From a virus: DNA of 64,000 nucleotides. Both the position numbers and the translations under genes were made by a program. Positions 1 to 9,864 of this stretch are shown piece after piece. Numbering within the stretch: the first letter of the stretch is position 1; the number at the start of each line of letters is the position of its first letter. Location of the stretch: the IMG/VR virus record IMGVR_UViG_3300046535_002148, positions 70,640 through 134,639 of that record. One strand, written 5' to 3'. The notes under the pieces are model-generated. The model worked only from the letters and a program-made list of their open reading frames with translations. It was not told the DNA's origin and searched no databases.

Positions 1-233
1 ACCCGGTCTGGACCGCTACCGCTCATCCACTCCATGCGCGCCCCACAGATGGCGCAGTCCGCCGTCCGCTTCTCGGGGCGCTCCCGGGTCCGGTCGTTGT
101 AGGCCTTCTGGTAGACGGCGCGACAGGGCTTGCACCAGGACCCGCGTGCCGCCCGCTCGTTGATGCCGCACTTCGTGCACAACGAAGCCCCCGCCGGTCC
201 GACGGGGGCTTCGTTCGTTTCGATGATCGTCAT
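1..233 (-). CDS. Cys-rich zinc-binding protein, possibly the N-terminus of an HNH/EndoVII-type endonuclease (runs off the window edge)
   Basis: Manual translation from the ATG at 233: MTIIETNEAPVGPAGASLCTKCGINERAARGSWCKPCRAVYQKAYND...CAICG, with three CxxC pairs. Not in the ORF track because it is truncated. Confidence 0.5.
   Translation of the reverse strand, partial: MTIIETNEAPVGPAGASLCTKCGINERAARGSWCKPCRAVYQKAYNDRTRERPEKRTADCAICGARMEWMSGSGPDR
181..215. terminator. Hairpin terminator downstream of the major capsid gene
   Basis: 13-bp perfect inverted repeat AACGAAGCCCCCG / CGGGGGCTTCGTT. Confidence 0.7.
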
Positions 234-294
234 GCAGGGTCTGTCGACCCAGTTACCCGCTCAGTCAAGTTTCATCGTGAGCAAGCAGTCCGTA

Positions 295-1272
295 TCAGGG
301 CGTGACCGAGCTGTCGACCAGGCGTCGTGCCTGCTCCGGGTGGTGCACCAGGCCACCGATGTCCTTGCGGCACCGGTAGTGGGTGTAGTCCACCGTGTTC
401 TCGTCCCAGGACTTGACCTGCATGCCGCCGTACATCGCGAACCGGCCGACGTCGCCGCCGAAGATCCACAGTTCGTTGGCGGGGATGAAGCTCTCGCCGT
501 CGTCGTCGGTGTAGTTGACGACCTGCTGGACGGTCGCGGCCTTGTAGACACCGAGGCGTCCACGCGACCGGACCTCCGCCGTGGCCTCGGGGTCGAACCC
601 GAGGTTGAAGTCGGAGATCTTGTCGACCATCGAGGCGCGCCCGATGATCGTGACCGGCACCGGCGCGGCACCGTTCGGCTTGATGGCGTCGCGGACCTCA
701 CGGAGCGCGGCGTCGACCTCGGGCTTGGACAGACCCGCCGTGGCCACGTAGTACGGGCTGGTGGAGGGGACGGCCATCTGCAGCATCTCGAAGATGCGGC
801 GGTTGACCTCGGCCTCGAGGCGCATCTGGCCGAGTGAGACCAGGTCCTCCATCGCCGTCGCGAAGTTCATACGGAGCTTGTCCGTGTGCTCCGAGACGTG
901 GAAACCGATGGTGTCGCGCGGGAGGGTCCAGTCCTCCTCGCGGATCTGGCTTTCCTCGATGTAGCCACCACGGGAGGTGTAGAACACCTTCATCCCGCGA
1001 CGCTCGGTCAGCTGGAACCGGTCGAACTCACCGACGTTCTCGACGCGGAAGTACTTCGAGAACTCGTTGGTGAAGGTGAACTGGTAGTCGAGGACGTTGC
1101 TGATGTCCTGGGCAACCTGGCGCTGCCAGTTGTGGTTGCTCCAGTTCTCGCGGGCCTCTTCGTTGAACTTCGCGCGCAGAGCGGCGAGCTCCTCGACCTT
1201 GCCCTTGTCCTGACCCCAGGGGTCAACGGACCCACGAGTGTTCATGAGCTGCGACGCAGTAGTCGTCGTCAT
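295..1272 (-). CDS. Major capsid protein (probable HK97 fold)
   Basis: 325 aa, last gene of the portal-protease-scaffold-decoration run, followed by a strong terminator. C-terminal ...KDIGGLVHHPEQARRL resembles capsid C-termini. Confidence 0.75.
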   Translation of the reverse strand: MTTTTASQLMNTRGSVDPWGQDKGKVEELAALRAKFNEEARENWSNHNWQRQVAQDISNVLDYQFTFTNEFSKYFRVENVGEFDRFQLTERRGMKVFYTSRGGYIEESQIREEDWTLPRDTIGFHVSEHTDKLRMNFATAMEDLVSLGQMRLEAEVNRRIFEMLQMAVPSTSPYYVATAGLSKPEVDAALREVRDAIKPNGAAPVPVTIIGRASMVDKISDFNLGFDPEATAEVRSRGRLGVYKAATVQQVVNYTDDDGESFIPANELWIFGGDVGRFAMYGGMQVKSWDENTVDYTHYRCRKDIGGLVHHPEQARRLVDSSVTP

Positions 1273-1290
1273 ATCGAGTGACCCCCTTCC

Positions 1291-1827
1291 TTACTTGTTG
1301 AGGACGACCTCGACACGGCCACCAGCCGCGTCGAACTCGACGACCTCACCGATCGAGGTGGCGGACTGCGGGTCGGCGACGTCGATGAACTTCGCGCCGT
1401 CCCAGGCAAGGCCCCGGCCAATGGCCACCGACGCGGTGGCGAACATGGTCACGGCCGGGATGACGCGACCATCGCTGCGCGTCTGCGAGGGCGTGTTCCG
1501 GAACCAGACCTTCACGCCGGCACCGTTGGTGACGACGGAGAGTCGGCCGGGGATGCACTTGCCCCGCTCGAAGGAGTCGATCCGCATCGACTGGTAGATC
1601 GTGCGGTCCCAGACCTCTTCCTGCACGAGCAGGCCGCAGGTGTGCGGACGCGGCTTGGCGTTCGCGGCGGCGACCTTGAGGAAGTTCGGCGCGCTGGTGT
1701 CCTGCTCGACGAGCGTCCCGCACAGAAGGACGGGACCGCTTGCCGGAGTCCGGAGTCGGCCGTTCGAGTTGCGCATGGACTCGTCAGAGATGCGGAACCC
1801 GAAGTTCAGACCGTAATCGCTGGCCAT
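1291..1827 (-). CDS. Capsid decoration/cement protein
   Basis: Start MASDYG follows an SD (AAGGAGGG). Beta-rich, ~178 aa, between scaffold and major capsid. Confidence 0.55.
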   Translation of the reverse strand: MASDYGLNFGFRISDESMRNSNGRLRTPASGPVLLCGTLVEQDTSAPNFLKVAAANAKPRPHTCGLLVQEEVWDRTIYQSMRIDSFERGKCIPGRLSVVTNGAGVKVWFRNTPSQTRSDGRVIPAVTMFATASVAIGRGLAWDGAKFIDVADPQSATSIGEVVEFDAAGGRVEVVLNK

Positions 1828-1840
1828 TTCCCCTCCTTCC

Positions 1841-2605
1841 TTAGCGGTTGGCGGCGAGGAGCCGCATGAACGTGGTCTGGCCACCGGACGTGTCTGACGG
1901 GCCGTCACCAGCGCCCCGGAAGGCCGCGGTCTCACGCGCCGCCTTCTCGGACTTCTTGGCGTCGTCCTCGTCGTCGTCGGTCATGAAGGCCGGCTTCTCC
2001 TTGCCGTCCTTCTTGTCCTTCTTGACGGCACCGGCGGTCTCCTTGAGGTCGGCGATCGCCGCCTCGAAGGCCTCGGCCGACATCTCGGCCCAGCGCTGAA
2101 TGCGCTCGTCGGTGAAGTACTTCTCGTCGAGACCGGCAAGTTCGGTCTTCGCCTTCTCTGCGCGCTCGGCGCGGAGCTTGGCGATCTCCTCCTTGCGGGC
2201 GACCTCGGCCTTGTGGCCGTCGAACTCCTTCTGGAGTTCCTCGGTGGCCTTCTCCGCAGCCGACTTCTCGGCCTCGACCTTGTCGATGCGAGAGAGCAGG
2301 TCCGCCTTCTCCGACTCCAGACCGTTGATCTGGTCCTGGAGTGCGGACTTCTCCGTCTCCAGCTTGTCCCTGTCCGCGTTGAGGGTGGCGGTCTGCCGCT
2401 TCACCTCTGCGTCGAGGACCGCCGCGTGCTCATTCGCGGTGTAAGTCCGCTCGTCGGGCATGACGGCTTCTCCCTCCTTCGCAATTTCCGGGTCGACGGC
2501 CCGGCAGAAGGAGCAGGGAGCGTGCGAAGCGCCCTCCGGCTTGAGAGCCAGAAGGGCGTCGTGCGCTTCTTGTGCCGTCCGCGTCGCCATCTCGATGTGG
2601 GGCAT
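1841..2605 (-). CDS. Capsid scaffolding protein
   Basis: Long E/K/A-rich coiled coil between protease and capsid genes. Start uncertain. Confidence 0.65.
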   Translation of the reverse strand: MPHIEMATRTAQEAHDALLALKPEGASHAPCSFCRAVDPEIAKEGEAVMPDERTYTANEHAAVLDAEVKRQTATLNADRDKLETEKSALQDQINGLESEKADLLSRIDKVEAEKSAAEKATEELQKEFDGHKAEVARKEEIAKLRAERAEKAKTELAGLDEKYFTDERIQRWAEMSAEAFEAAIADLKETAGAVKKDKKDGKEKPAFMTDDDEDDAKKSEKAARETAAFRGAGDGPSDTSGGQTTFMRLLAANR

Positions 2606-2637
2606 CGGCGATCGCGGAGATCTCTGAAATTTGCCCC

Positions 2638-3891
2638 TCAGGCAGAAGCGATGACTGCCGCCATGAGGTTCTGCCACTCCTCGGGGGACATCCCGTTCGC
2701 GGCCTCGAATGTGCTTTCCGCGGCCTGCTCGGCCTGCTTCATGACAACGGCGTCGGCATGTGCCCAGCCCGGTCGTGCGGGCGGGAGAATCAGTGCCGAC
2801 CCGAGGAACGTGGGGTTGTTGAAATGACGCACGGAGGACCGTTCACGGATGTGGTCGCAGCCGGCGCCCTTCACCATGTCCATGTAGCCGACGGATTCCC
2901 CGCAGCCGCTCTCCCCGGCGCAGGTGACGGTCTCGGAGATGCACTCCATGGACTGCCAGACCTTGCCCCATTCCGAGGCCTGCTCGACGAGCTGGGCCTC
3001 CTGGGGGTAGAGCCAGGTCCACATCGCCGACTGGGTGCGGATGTAGGGGAACTTCCGTCCGCCGTCGTCAGCCTTCTCCTGCGGGTAGACCATCTGGGCG
3101 CCGACGATGGTGCCGACGACCGACCGGGCCTCGTGCAGCCAGTTGAGCGGACCGTTGAGCACTGAGGGCTGCCCGAACTCCAGATCCGCGGTGCTCCACA
3201 GGGCGCCGTTGCGGTTGGGCTCCTCGGAGCCGACCAACGCACCCTCGATCCAGAGGTAGTGCGGGTTGTCGGCCCGTCCGACGTTCTCCACGGGCGCGGC
3301 GAGCAGGGTCTTGCCGGCGACCTGGAGGACGACGGGCTGGGTGGTCGAGGTGTCGGGGGTGGCGTTGACGACGAGCCGCGCGGCTTCCTTGATGGCGGGC
3401 AGGTGGACGCCGTCGATGTTGAACACGACGGTGGTGCCCTCCGCGGCCTTCTCGTTCTTGCCGACGATCCCCTTGGCCCAGGCCGCACCGGCATCCCCGC
3501 CCCAGGCGAGCCAGGCCACGTAGCCGGGGGTCTCCTTGCCGGCGTCGCTCCAGCCGTTCTTCTTGTCCCCGGCGTGGCGGCTGAAGAACGAGTGCATCCG
3601 GCGGATCGTGGCCAGAGATACCGCAGTGCCGGCGGCGAGCTGCTTGGCCCGGGCGCGGCCGACGTCGGTGAACCCGCCTCCGGCCTTGCCGTCGGCGATC
3701 AGCTGCAGCGCACGCCTGGCGGCGCTGCGCACTCCCTCGGGCGGGCTGTAGGTGTCCTCGGCCTCTTCCGGCAGGACGAGCGCGTCCTCGTCATCGGCGT
3801 AGGCGAGCAGTACGTCCATCGCCTGCTCGACGTTGCGCTGCTCGCCGAACTGCTTGGCCTTCTCGATGAGCTCGTCCCAGTAACCAGTCAT
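2638..3891 (-). CDS. Prohead maturation protease with an N-terminal accessory domain
   Basis: Directly follows portal. C-terminal PNRNG...LNWLH...QSMEC fits an assemblin-type His/Ser protease. N-terminal helical domain ...RRMHSFFSRH...GYVAWLAWGGDAG. Confidence 0.6.
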   Translation of the reverse strand: MTGYWDELIEKAKQFGEQRNVEQAMDVLLAYADDEDALVLPEEAEDTYSPPEGVRSAARRALQLIADGKAGGGFTDVGRARAKQLAAGTAVSLATIRRMHSFFSRHAGDKKNGWSDAGKETPGYVAWLAWGGDAGAAWAKGIVGKNEKAAEGTTVVFNIDGVHLPAIKEAARLVVNATPDTSTTQPVVLQVAGKTLLAAPVENVGRADNPHYLWIEGALVGSEEPNRNGALWSTADLEFGQPSVLNGPLNWLHEARSVVGTIVGAQMVYPQEKADDGGRKFPYIRTQSAMWTWLYPQEAQLVEQASEWGKVWQSMECISETVTCAGESGCGESVGYMDMVKGAGCDHIRERSSVRHFNNPTFLGSALILPPARPGWAHADAVVMKQAEQAAESTFEAANGMSPEEWQNLMAAVIASA

Positions 3892-5666
3892 GCCTGGTCC
3901 ATCGACTCGTCGTCGTCGTTCGTGGACTCCGAGGCCTTCGTGCTGGGGTTACCGCCCGGCCCGCGCGGCGCGGCCTTCTTCGCCGGGTTGTTCGCGGTCC
4001 TGCCGCCACCGACAGGTCGCCCACCGCGCGCGCCCGAGACGCCCGGGGGTTCTCCGGTGTTGTTGGGTCCGGGCTTCTGCGCTGCCGGCTTGGCCGGGGT
4101 GGCGGGCGGGGGCTTCTCCTCCGGCTGTTTGCCCTCACCGGTCGGACCACCGGGCATCTGACCCGGCATCAGGACGGTCTTGAAGACGTCGTCGTAGAAC
4201 TCCCCTTCGACCTCCAGGCGCATGGCCTCGGTGGCCTGGTCGAGGCCGAAGTACTCGAGGATCGTCTCCCGGGAGAGCTCGCGGGATGCGCGCAACGACA
4301 GCAGGCCCTGGATCTGGGACTGGTCGAAGGCCAGGGAGATGTTGCGGGGGGTGAAGACCAGGCTCGGTTCGGCGGTGAAGACGTCGGCGTTCTTCGGGTG
4401 CTGGCAGATCGCGTGGGCGATCTCGCGCTCGATGGTCCGCGAGAGCATGTGCCGGCGGTTGTCCATGACGCGGGCGACGATCTCGCTGATGGTCACCTGG
4501 GTCTCGTTGCGCTGGCCGCGGCCACCGACGGTCAGGGTGCCGAGCAGGCGGGACAGGATCTGGTTGTTGATGACCTCGTACTTGTCCGGCTGCAGAGTGA
4601 GGTCTGTTTTGGGCGCGACGATGTCGATGTTGAGGCGGTGGTCGGCGATGATGACCGGCGTGCGGGCGATGACGCTGTAGTTGTCGCGGAGGTTCTGCAG
4701 CTCCTCCGGCCGGGCGGGCATCTTGTCGTCGCCCTTGCGCACCAACAGGATGTAGTTGGCGTTGCCGATCAGGGCCGCGCGGTCGGACTGCATCAGCTGG
4801 GTCTTCATGTCCAGCAGCTGGAAGCAGCTCTTGAGGCGCGGTTCGGGGAACGGCTCGTAGTCCGCCTTGGTCGCGGTGTGCCGGAAGACCCACTCGGGGT
4901 CCATCATCAGCAGGTTGTTGACGTCGACGTTCCAGGTGACGAGCTTGCGGACGTCCTCCGGCGGCGGGGTGTAGGTGCCGGTGAAGAACGCGATCATCAG
5001 CGGGTCGTCGATCTGCTTCTCGAAGGCCCGCTGGTAGTACCCGACCTCCTCGGTGTTGGAGGCCCAGCACAGCCGGTCCCCACCAAGGGGTCCGAGGTCG
5101 ACAGGGATGCAGCGCGCGGGGTTCAGCGTGCGCAGCGCGATCGGGCACCAGATGCGGAAGGTGCGCTTGCGGCGGTTGCCGCCCTTGGTCTTTCCGCGGA
5201 CGGTGTAGGTCTTCCAACCCCAGATCTTGGCCACGACGGTCTGGGAGATCGTGAACTCCTCGCGCCACATGGAGCGCACGACCTGGTCGAGGTTGACGTC
5301 GCGGGACCACTGGTTGAAGACGTCGGCCTCGTCGCCCTCCTCGGACTCCCACTTCAGTCCCTGGAAAGCGATGGCCTCGGTGATCTCGGAGACGCCGGAG
5401 ACGATGGAGTCGTACTTGAGGGCGTGCCGGGCTGCGCGCATCTCGTCGTAAGGGTTGTCCGGGGGGACGTAGGCGCCCTTGTCGAACATGTTCGAGCGGC
5501 TGGTCGCGGCGCGGGCGTTGTCGACCCAACGGGAGAGCTGGGACGCCAGTTGGCGGACCTCCGCGTTCTCGGTGATCGCGGCCGAGGAGATCTCGGTGGT
5601 GTTCCACATCTGCATCGGGCGCCCGGCGACGGGCAGGTCGGAGACGACCTCGATCGGCTCAGCCAC
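3888..5666 (-). CDS. Portal protein
   Basis: 592 aa, downstream of terL and upstream of protease/scaffold/capsid. Has LSRETILEYFGLD near the C-terminus and a disordered Pro/Gly tail. Confidence 0.7.
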   Translation of the reverse strand: MAEPIEVVSDLPVAGRPMQMWNTTEISSAAITENAEVRQLASQLSRWVDNARAATSRSNMFDKGAYVPPDNPYDEMRAARHALKYDSIVSGVSEITEAIAFQGLKWESEEGDEADVFNQWSRDVNLDQVVRSMWREEFTISQTVVAKIWGWKTYTVRGKTKGGNRRKRTFRIWCPIALRTLNPARCIPVDLGPLGGDRLCWASNTEEVGYYQRAFEKQIDDPLMIAFFTGTYTPPPEDVRKLVTWNVDVNNLLMMDPEWVFRHTATKADYEPFPEPRLKSCFQLLDMKTQLMQSDRAALIGNANYILLVRKGDDKMPARPEELQNLRDNYSVIARTPVIIADHRLNIDIVAPKTDLTLQPDKYEVINNQILSRLLGTLTVGGRGQRNETQVTISEIVARVMDNRRHMLSRTIEREIAHAICQHPKNADVFTAEPSLVFTPRNISLAFDQSQIQGLLSLRASRELSRETILEYFGLDQATEAMRLEVEGEFYDDVFKTVLMPGQMPGGPTGEGKQPEEKPPPATPAKPAAQKPGPNNTGEPPGVSGARGGRPVGGGRTANNPAKKAAPRGPGGNPSTKASESTNDDDESMDQA

Positions 5667-6033
5667 GGCTCATGTCCAAGTCCTGGCGACGGACCTCGAG
5701 CATCCGCGAGGCGGTCTTCCACTGCCGGTCGCACTCGGCGAGGGCCCGCTCGGCCTCCTGGGTGCGGACCTGCTTCCACTCGCGCCGGCCTTCGACGCGG
5801 AACAGGTGCACGCACATCTCGCTCAGGCGTGCGCTGATCGCGGAGAGGGTGAGCATCGCCTGGTCGGGCTCCATGGCCCAGAGCTCACGCAGGCGGCTCA
5901 GGCAGTAGTCGATCTCGGCCTGGACCTTGTCCTTGCTCTCCAGCACCCCTGACGAGAGATTCGCCGCGACGTCGGGGACCAGGTCGGCGACGAACCCCGC
6001 CCGGCTGGTCCCCTCGACGGTGAACGTGCCCAC
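5659..6033 (-). CDS. Hypothetical helical protein
   Basis: 124-aa ORF overlapping the portal start. Confidence 0.6.
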   Translation of the reverse strand: MGTFTVEGTSRAGFVADLVPDVAANLSSGVLESKDKVQAEIDYCLSRLRELWAMEPDQAMLTLSAISARLSEMCVHLFRVEGRREWKQVRTQEAERALAECDRQWKTASRMLEVRRQDLDMSRG

Positions 6034-6273
6034 ATGCCCTCCAGAACTCGGTTCTGGTGGGCCGCATCGTCGTTTTGGTCCGAGGAACTAAAAAATCCCT
6101 ATCCGAAGGCGATCCCGCCGCCTGGCCACTCCTCGCCGTAGGGGTTTGCGCCGACGATGCCGTCGTTCTTCGCGGTGGCGACCGCGCCCTCGAACCAGGC
6201 CCGGAACAGCTGGTCGCGGATGTTGCTCTGGCAGTAGGGGCAGCAGTCCTTCGCGGGGTCGAGCACGGTGCTC

Positions 6274-7032
6274 CTAGATCGGGGTGCGGGCCAGCGCGAG
6301 CATGGCCTGGGCGTAGAGCTGACACACGCGGGACTCGGTGACATTCAGGGCCTCGGCGACGACGCCGAAGCTGCAGCCGTCGTAGTGGTGAAGGGTCACG
6401 ACGATGCGCAGGTTCTCGGCGAGCTTGCCGATGGCGTGGGCGAACAGGACCTTGGCCTCGGCGATGACCGCAGCGGTTTCCGGGGACTCTGCGCGCTGGT
6501 CGTCGATGAGCTCGGCCAGCGGGAGGCGGTCGCCCTTGCGGCCGACGGAGACCTCTTCGTCCAGCGGGTGGAAGTTGGCCGCGGAGACGTCGCGGGCGAT
6601 GTCGGAGACCTCTTGCTCGCTGATCTCCAGGGCGCGGGCGAGCTCGCCGCGGTTGGGGGGCCTGCCGAGTTCGGCCTCCAGGCGCAGGAACGCGCCGTCG
6701 ATCTCCCGTGCCCGGGCACGCACCGAGCGGGGCACCCAGTCCACGGCGCGCAGGCCGTCGACGATCGCACCGCGGATGCGGGTCATGCTGTAGGTCTGGA
6801 ACTTGATGCCGCGCTCGGGCTCGTAGCGCTCGATCGCATCGAGCAGCCCGAGGTTGCCCCAGCTGACCAGGTCGTCGCGGTCGACGTGCCCGGGGATGTT
6901 GCCGGCGACCATGCGGGCGACGTAGTTGACCAGCGGCTGGTAGTGGCGGGCGATCAGTTCCCGCAGCGCGGGATCGCCGACCTCCTTGTACCGCGCCCAG
7001 ATCTCCGGGTCGACGGCTTCCATCATCGACAT
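6274..7032 (-). CDS. whiG: WhiG/FliA (sigma-28) family RNA polymerase sigma factor
   Basis: Region 2 DDLVSWGNLGLLDAIERYEPERGIKFQTYSMTRIRGAIVDGLRAVDWVPRSVR. Region 4 HTH VAEALNVTESRVCQL. Confidence 0.9.
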   Translation of the reverse strand: MSMMEAVDPEIWARYKEVGDPALRELIARHYQPLVNYVARMVAGNIPGHVDRDDLVSWGNLGLLDAIERYEPERGIKFQTYSMTRIRGAIVDGLRAVDWVPRSVRARAREIDGAFLRLEAELGRPPNRGELARALEISEQEVSDIARDVSAANFHPLDEEVSVGRKGDRLPLAELIDDQRAESPETAAVIAEAKVLFAHAIGKLAENLRIVVTLHHYDGCSFGVVAEALNVTESRVCQLYAQAMLALARTPI

Positions 7033-8687
7033 CAGACGAACAGGTCCAGGATCGGACCGCCGTCGTCGGGGCCCTCGATGATCTTCTGGATCGGCGGGAT
7101 GAACTTGGCCGCGGTGACCATCTTCAAGGCGTCGAGGGTGTGGAAGGAGCCGCCGCCGAAGACCCGCCGGGTGCCGTAGGGCGAGCCGTTGTCCTTCTGC
7201 ACCGTGTAGGTCTGGCCCTGCATCTCCATGATGATCTCGTTGTCGAAGGGCAGCTTGATCTTCTGCAGGTCGACGTAGTCGTTACGCAGCCAGTCGGTGG
7301 AGGCCTCGACGACGTTGCGCATGATGGCGAGGTCGGCCCGGGACTCGCCGTACTTCAGCTCACGGTCCTCGAACCCGACCGGGTAGTTCTTGCTGAAGTT
7401 GTAGCCGTGGATGCGCGTCCCGATCCCCTCGTAGCGCGACAGCTGGTCGACCAAGGGGAACCCGACGCCGGTCTGGTCGATGCCGAAGCTGACCAGGCTG
7501 TCGCCGTAGTGCCGGAACAACAGCTCGACGACGAACATCTGGTCGTCGATGTTGATGCGCTGCAGGTGGACACGGGTCAGGACATGCAGCTCGTCGGAGC
7601 CCTTGACCTGCCCGACGATGATGATCTCGCTGGGGTGATTGGTGACGCCGACGTCCATGCCGCCGTAGAAGGCCTCGTACCCGTGCGGGGCGCCGACCTC
7701 CTTGCGGTTGCGGTGCTGGCTCCAGCCGCTGATGTGCTCACCGGGCAGGTGGATCATGTTGCGGATCGCTTCCTGCCGACGGTCCGCCTCCTTGGGCAAC
7801 TGCTCGACGATGATCGGGACGCGGGTGTAGACCTCGCTGTTGTAGCGCGAGGACTCCTCGAGGTCGATGCAGGCGTTGAGCTTGGCCAGTACGAAGACCA
7901 CGCTGCTGGCGTCGCCGTGCTCGCCGTAGATGTTGCGCTTGTAGTTGATGTGCTGCCGCGACCCGCCGAGCTGCTTGATCTTCTCCCGGCGCTCCTGCTC
8001 CGACCAGTGCGGGCGCATCATCGCCATGGGCCGGTGGACGGTCCAGGTCACGTCGGCGCTGGACTTCGAGCCCTCGGTGATCTCGAAGAAGTTGTCACGC
8101 ACGCCCTTGGGCACGCCGTGGCAGCGCCAGGTGGCGCCGGGCAGGCCGCGGTTGAGGGTGTCGACGATCTCGGTCCAGCCTGCGGTCGGGTAGTCCTGGG
8201 CCTCGTCGAGCTCGATGGAGATGACGTGCTGGCCCTTGACGCCCTTGCCGTCCTTGTTGGGCAGGCGGGAGACGATCATCGTGCCGTTCTTGAACTTGGT
8301 CTGCCAGTGCGGCTGGCGGTTCATGCCGTTGCCCTTGCCGGCGGGCAACATCTCCCGCAGGATCCGGGTGCTCAGCAGTCGACCTTCGATCGCGTCGGTG
8401 AGCGGCCGGAGGTGGTTCAGTTCCGGGGCGGTGACCAGCATCTTCTGGCCGCTGTAGGTGAACGGGAACGAGCAGGACCGCATGGTGATCGACACGGTCT
8501 TGCCGGTGGCACGGGCGCCCTGGTCGACCTGGTGGCTGTCGCTGCACCGGTACCAGGAGTGCTGGAAGGGCCAGGCGCGGTAGCACCCGGAGTCGGTCTC
8601 CGGGTCGTACCAGGAGAACTCGGCGAGGTCGAGACCGCTGGGGTCGGTGAGCAGCGCCCACAGGTACAGCTCTTCTTCTGACGGCAT
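7032..8687 (-). CDS. terL: Terminase large subunit
   Basis: Walker A GARATGKT, Walker B IELDEAQD, RNase H-like nuclease motif GMDVG and HTLDA. Start taken as MPSEEEL. Confidence 0.85.
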   Translation of the reverse strand: MPSEEELYLWALLTDPSGLDLAEFSWYDPETDSGCYRAWPFQHSWYRCSDSHQVDQGARATGKTVSITMRSCSFPFTYSGQKMLVTAPELNHLRPLTDAIEGRLLSTRILREMLPAGKGNGMNRQPHWQTKFKNGTMIVSRLPNKDGKGVKGQHVISIELDEAQDYPTAGWTEIVDTLNRGLPGATWRCHGVPKGVRDNFFEITEGSKSSADVTWTVHRPMAMMRPHWSEQERREKIKQLGGSRQHINYKRNIYGEHGDASSVVFVLAKLNACIDLEESSRYNSEVYTRVPIIVEQLPKEADRRQEAIRNMIHLPGEHISGWSQHRNRKEVGAPHGYEAFYGGMDVGVTNHPSEIIIVGQVKGSDELHVLTRVHLQRINIDDQMFVVELLFRHYGDSLVSFGIDQTGVGFPLVDQLSRYEGIGTRIHGYNFSKNYPVGFEDRELKYGESRADLAIMRNVVEASTDWLRNDYVDLQKIKLPFDNEIIMEMQGQTYTVQKDNGSPYGTRRVFGGGSFHTLDALKMVTAAKFIPPIQKIIEGPDDGGPILDLFV

Positions 8688-8698
8688 CGTGATCGCGC

Positions 8699-8950
8699 TC
8701 AAGGACGCACTCCCGAGAAAGGACGGACGTTGCCGAGCTCGCGCATGAACCCGAGGTAGGCCATGAGGTCCTTGGCGCCGTGGCGCCGGGCGAAGCCGGG
8801 GACGATGACGTACTCGCAGTCGTGGTAGCCGCGGATGCGAGCGATCGAGTCGACGTAGATCCACTGCTGCCTGCACAGGCCGCGGTTCTCGGCCCAGTAC
8901 TGGGCGGCGTACCAGCTGTGGGCGAAGACCAGGACGGGCTGGCGCTTCAC
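8699..8950 (-). CDS. Hypothetical protein
   Basis: 83-aa ORF with 4-bp overlap to the upstream gene. Confidence 0.5.
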   Translation of the reverse strand: MKRQPVLVFAHSWYAAQYWAENRGLCRQQWIYVDSIARIRGYHDCEYVIVPGFARRHGAKDLMAYLGFMRELGNVRPFSGVRP

Positions 8951-9540
8951 GCGTCGCGCTCCCGCAGTCGCATGAAGTCCCGCAGGACGATGCTGGACAT
9001 CTGGGGGTTCTCGCTGAGCACGTGGCCGACGAGTTCGGCGAGGAACAGGGCCCGGTACTCGAGGAAGTAGCCGGGCGAGACCTTCGCGTGCTCCGCGATC
9101 CGCTCCATGATCGCCATGTCCGGGCGGTACGGGATGACCTCGCCGGCGCGCTTGATCTGCTCCCCGGCCAGGAGCTTGGACAGGGTGCCCTGGCTGATGC
9201 CGGACTTCAGGGCGAACTGGCGTTGGGACCGTTCGCCGAGCAGCTTGCGGAACGCTTCGGGGAACGGGTCCATGGAGAACCGCGTCGGGAAGACGGTCTC
9301 CAGGACGACGTCCAGGCTGGCGAAGCGGGGTGGGCGCCGTCCGGTGCCGTTCTTGCGGGCGCCGCTGTTGCGGTCCTGGTCGTCCTTGACGGCGTTGAAG
9401 GCGTCACCGAGCAGCTTGCCCAGGGTGGCCATCCCGGCCGGTCCGTCGAAGTGGCGGATCCACTCCCCCGCGCTGATGTCCGCGCAGTGCGGGTACAGCG
9501 CTTTCGCGTTGGCGTAGTCAGCTCGTGGGATAGGACTCAC
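8947..9540 (-). CDS. XRE-family HTH DNA-binding protein
   Basis: SQRQFALKSGISQGTLSKLLAGE HTH followed by MERIAEHAKVSPGYF. Confidence 0.7.
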   Translation of the reverse strand: MSPIPRADYANAKALYPHCADISAGEWIRHFDGPAGMATLGKLLGDAFNAVKDDQDRNSGARKNGTGRRPPRFASLDVVLETVFPTRFSMDPFPEAFRKLLGERSQRQFALKSGISQGTLSKLLAGEQIKRAGEVIPYRPDMAIMERIAEHAKVSPGYFLEYRALFLAELVGHVLSENPQMSSIVLRDFMRLRERDA

Positions 9541-9832
9541 CTGCCATGCAGCCGCAGGCGCGCTCGCCCCCGTCGATGTCGACGTAGGCGGCGAGGCAGG
9601 GCTCCCCGAGGTGGGCCCGGTGCATGCACTCGTACTGGCAGTGCCCGCGGGTGATGCGCGGGTTGGAGACCAGGAGCGTGTTGATGACCTCGACCCAGAG
9701 CTCGAGGTCGATCGTCATCCGCCCCACGAATTTCCCGAGCATCCAGACCTCGACGTGGACCTCATCGCCCACGACGAGTTCGTCGAAGTGAATTCCCTGA
9801 CTCCTGCCGGTGTCTCGCCGGATCATCCACAT
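9518..9832 (-). CDS. Hypothetical protein
   Basis: MWMIRRD... with a Cys/His-rich C-terminus. Confidence 0.45.
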   Translation of the reverse strand: MWMIRRDTGRSQGIHFDELVVGDEVHVEVWMLGKFVGRMTIDLELWVEVINTLLVSNPRITRGHCQYECMHRAHLGEPCLAAYVDIDGGERACGCMAGESYPTS

Positions 9833-9864
9833 GCCGAGGCTGCCCTTCTCCGCTTCAGCGGCAG

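Noticed and set aside
4398-8681. Long plus-strand ORFs (4398-5837, 7140-8681) and similar antisense ORFs elsewhere (17289-18773, 35309-36943, 37170-38759)
   Set aside because: Shadow frames of high-GC genes on the opposite strand, with no motifs
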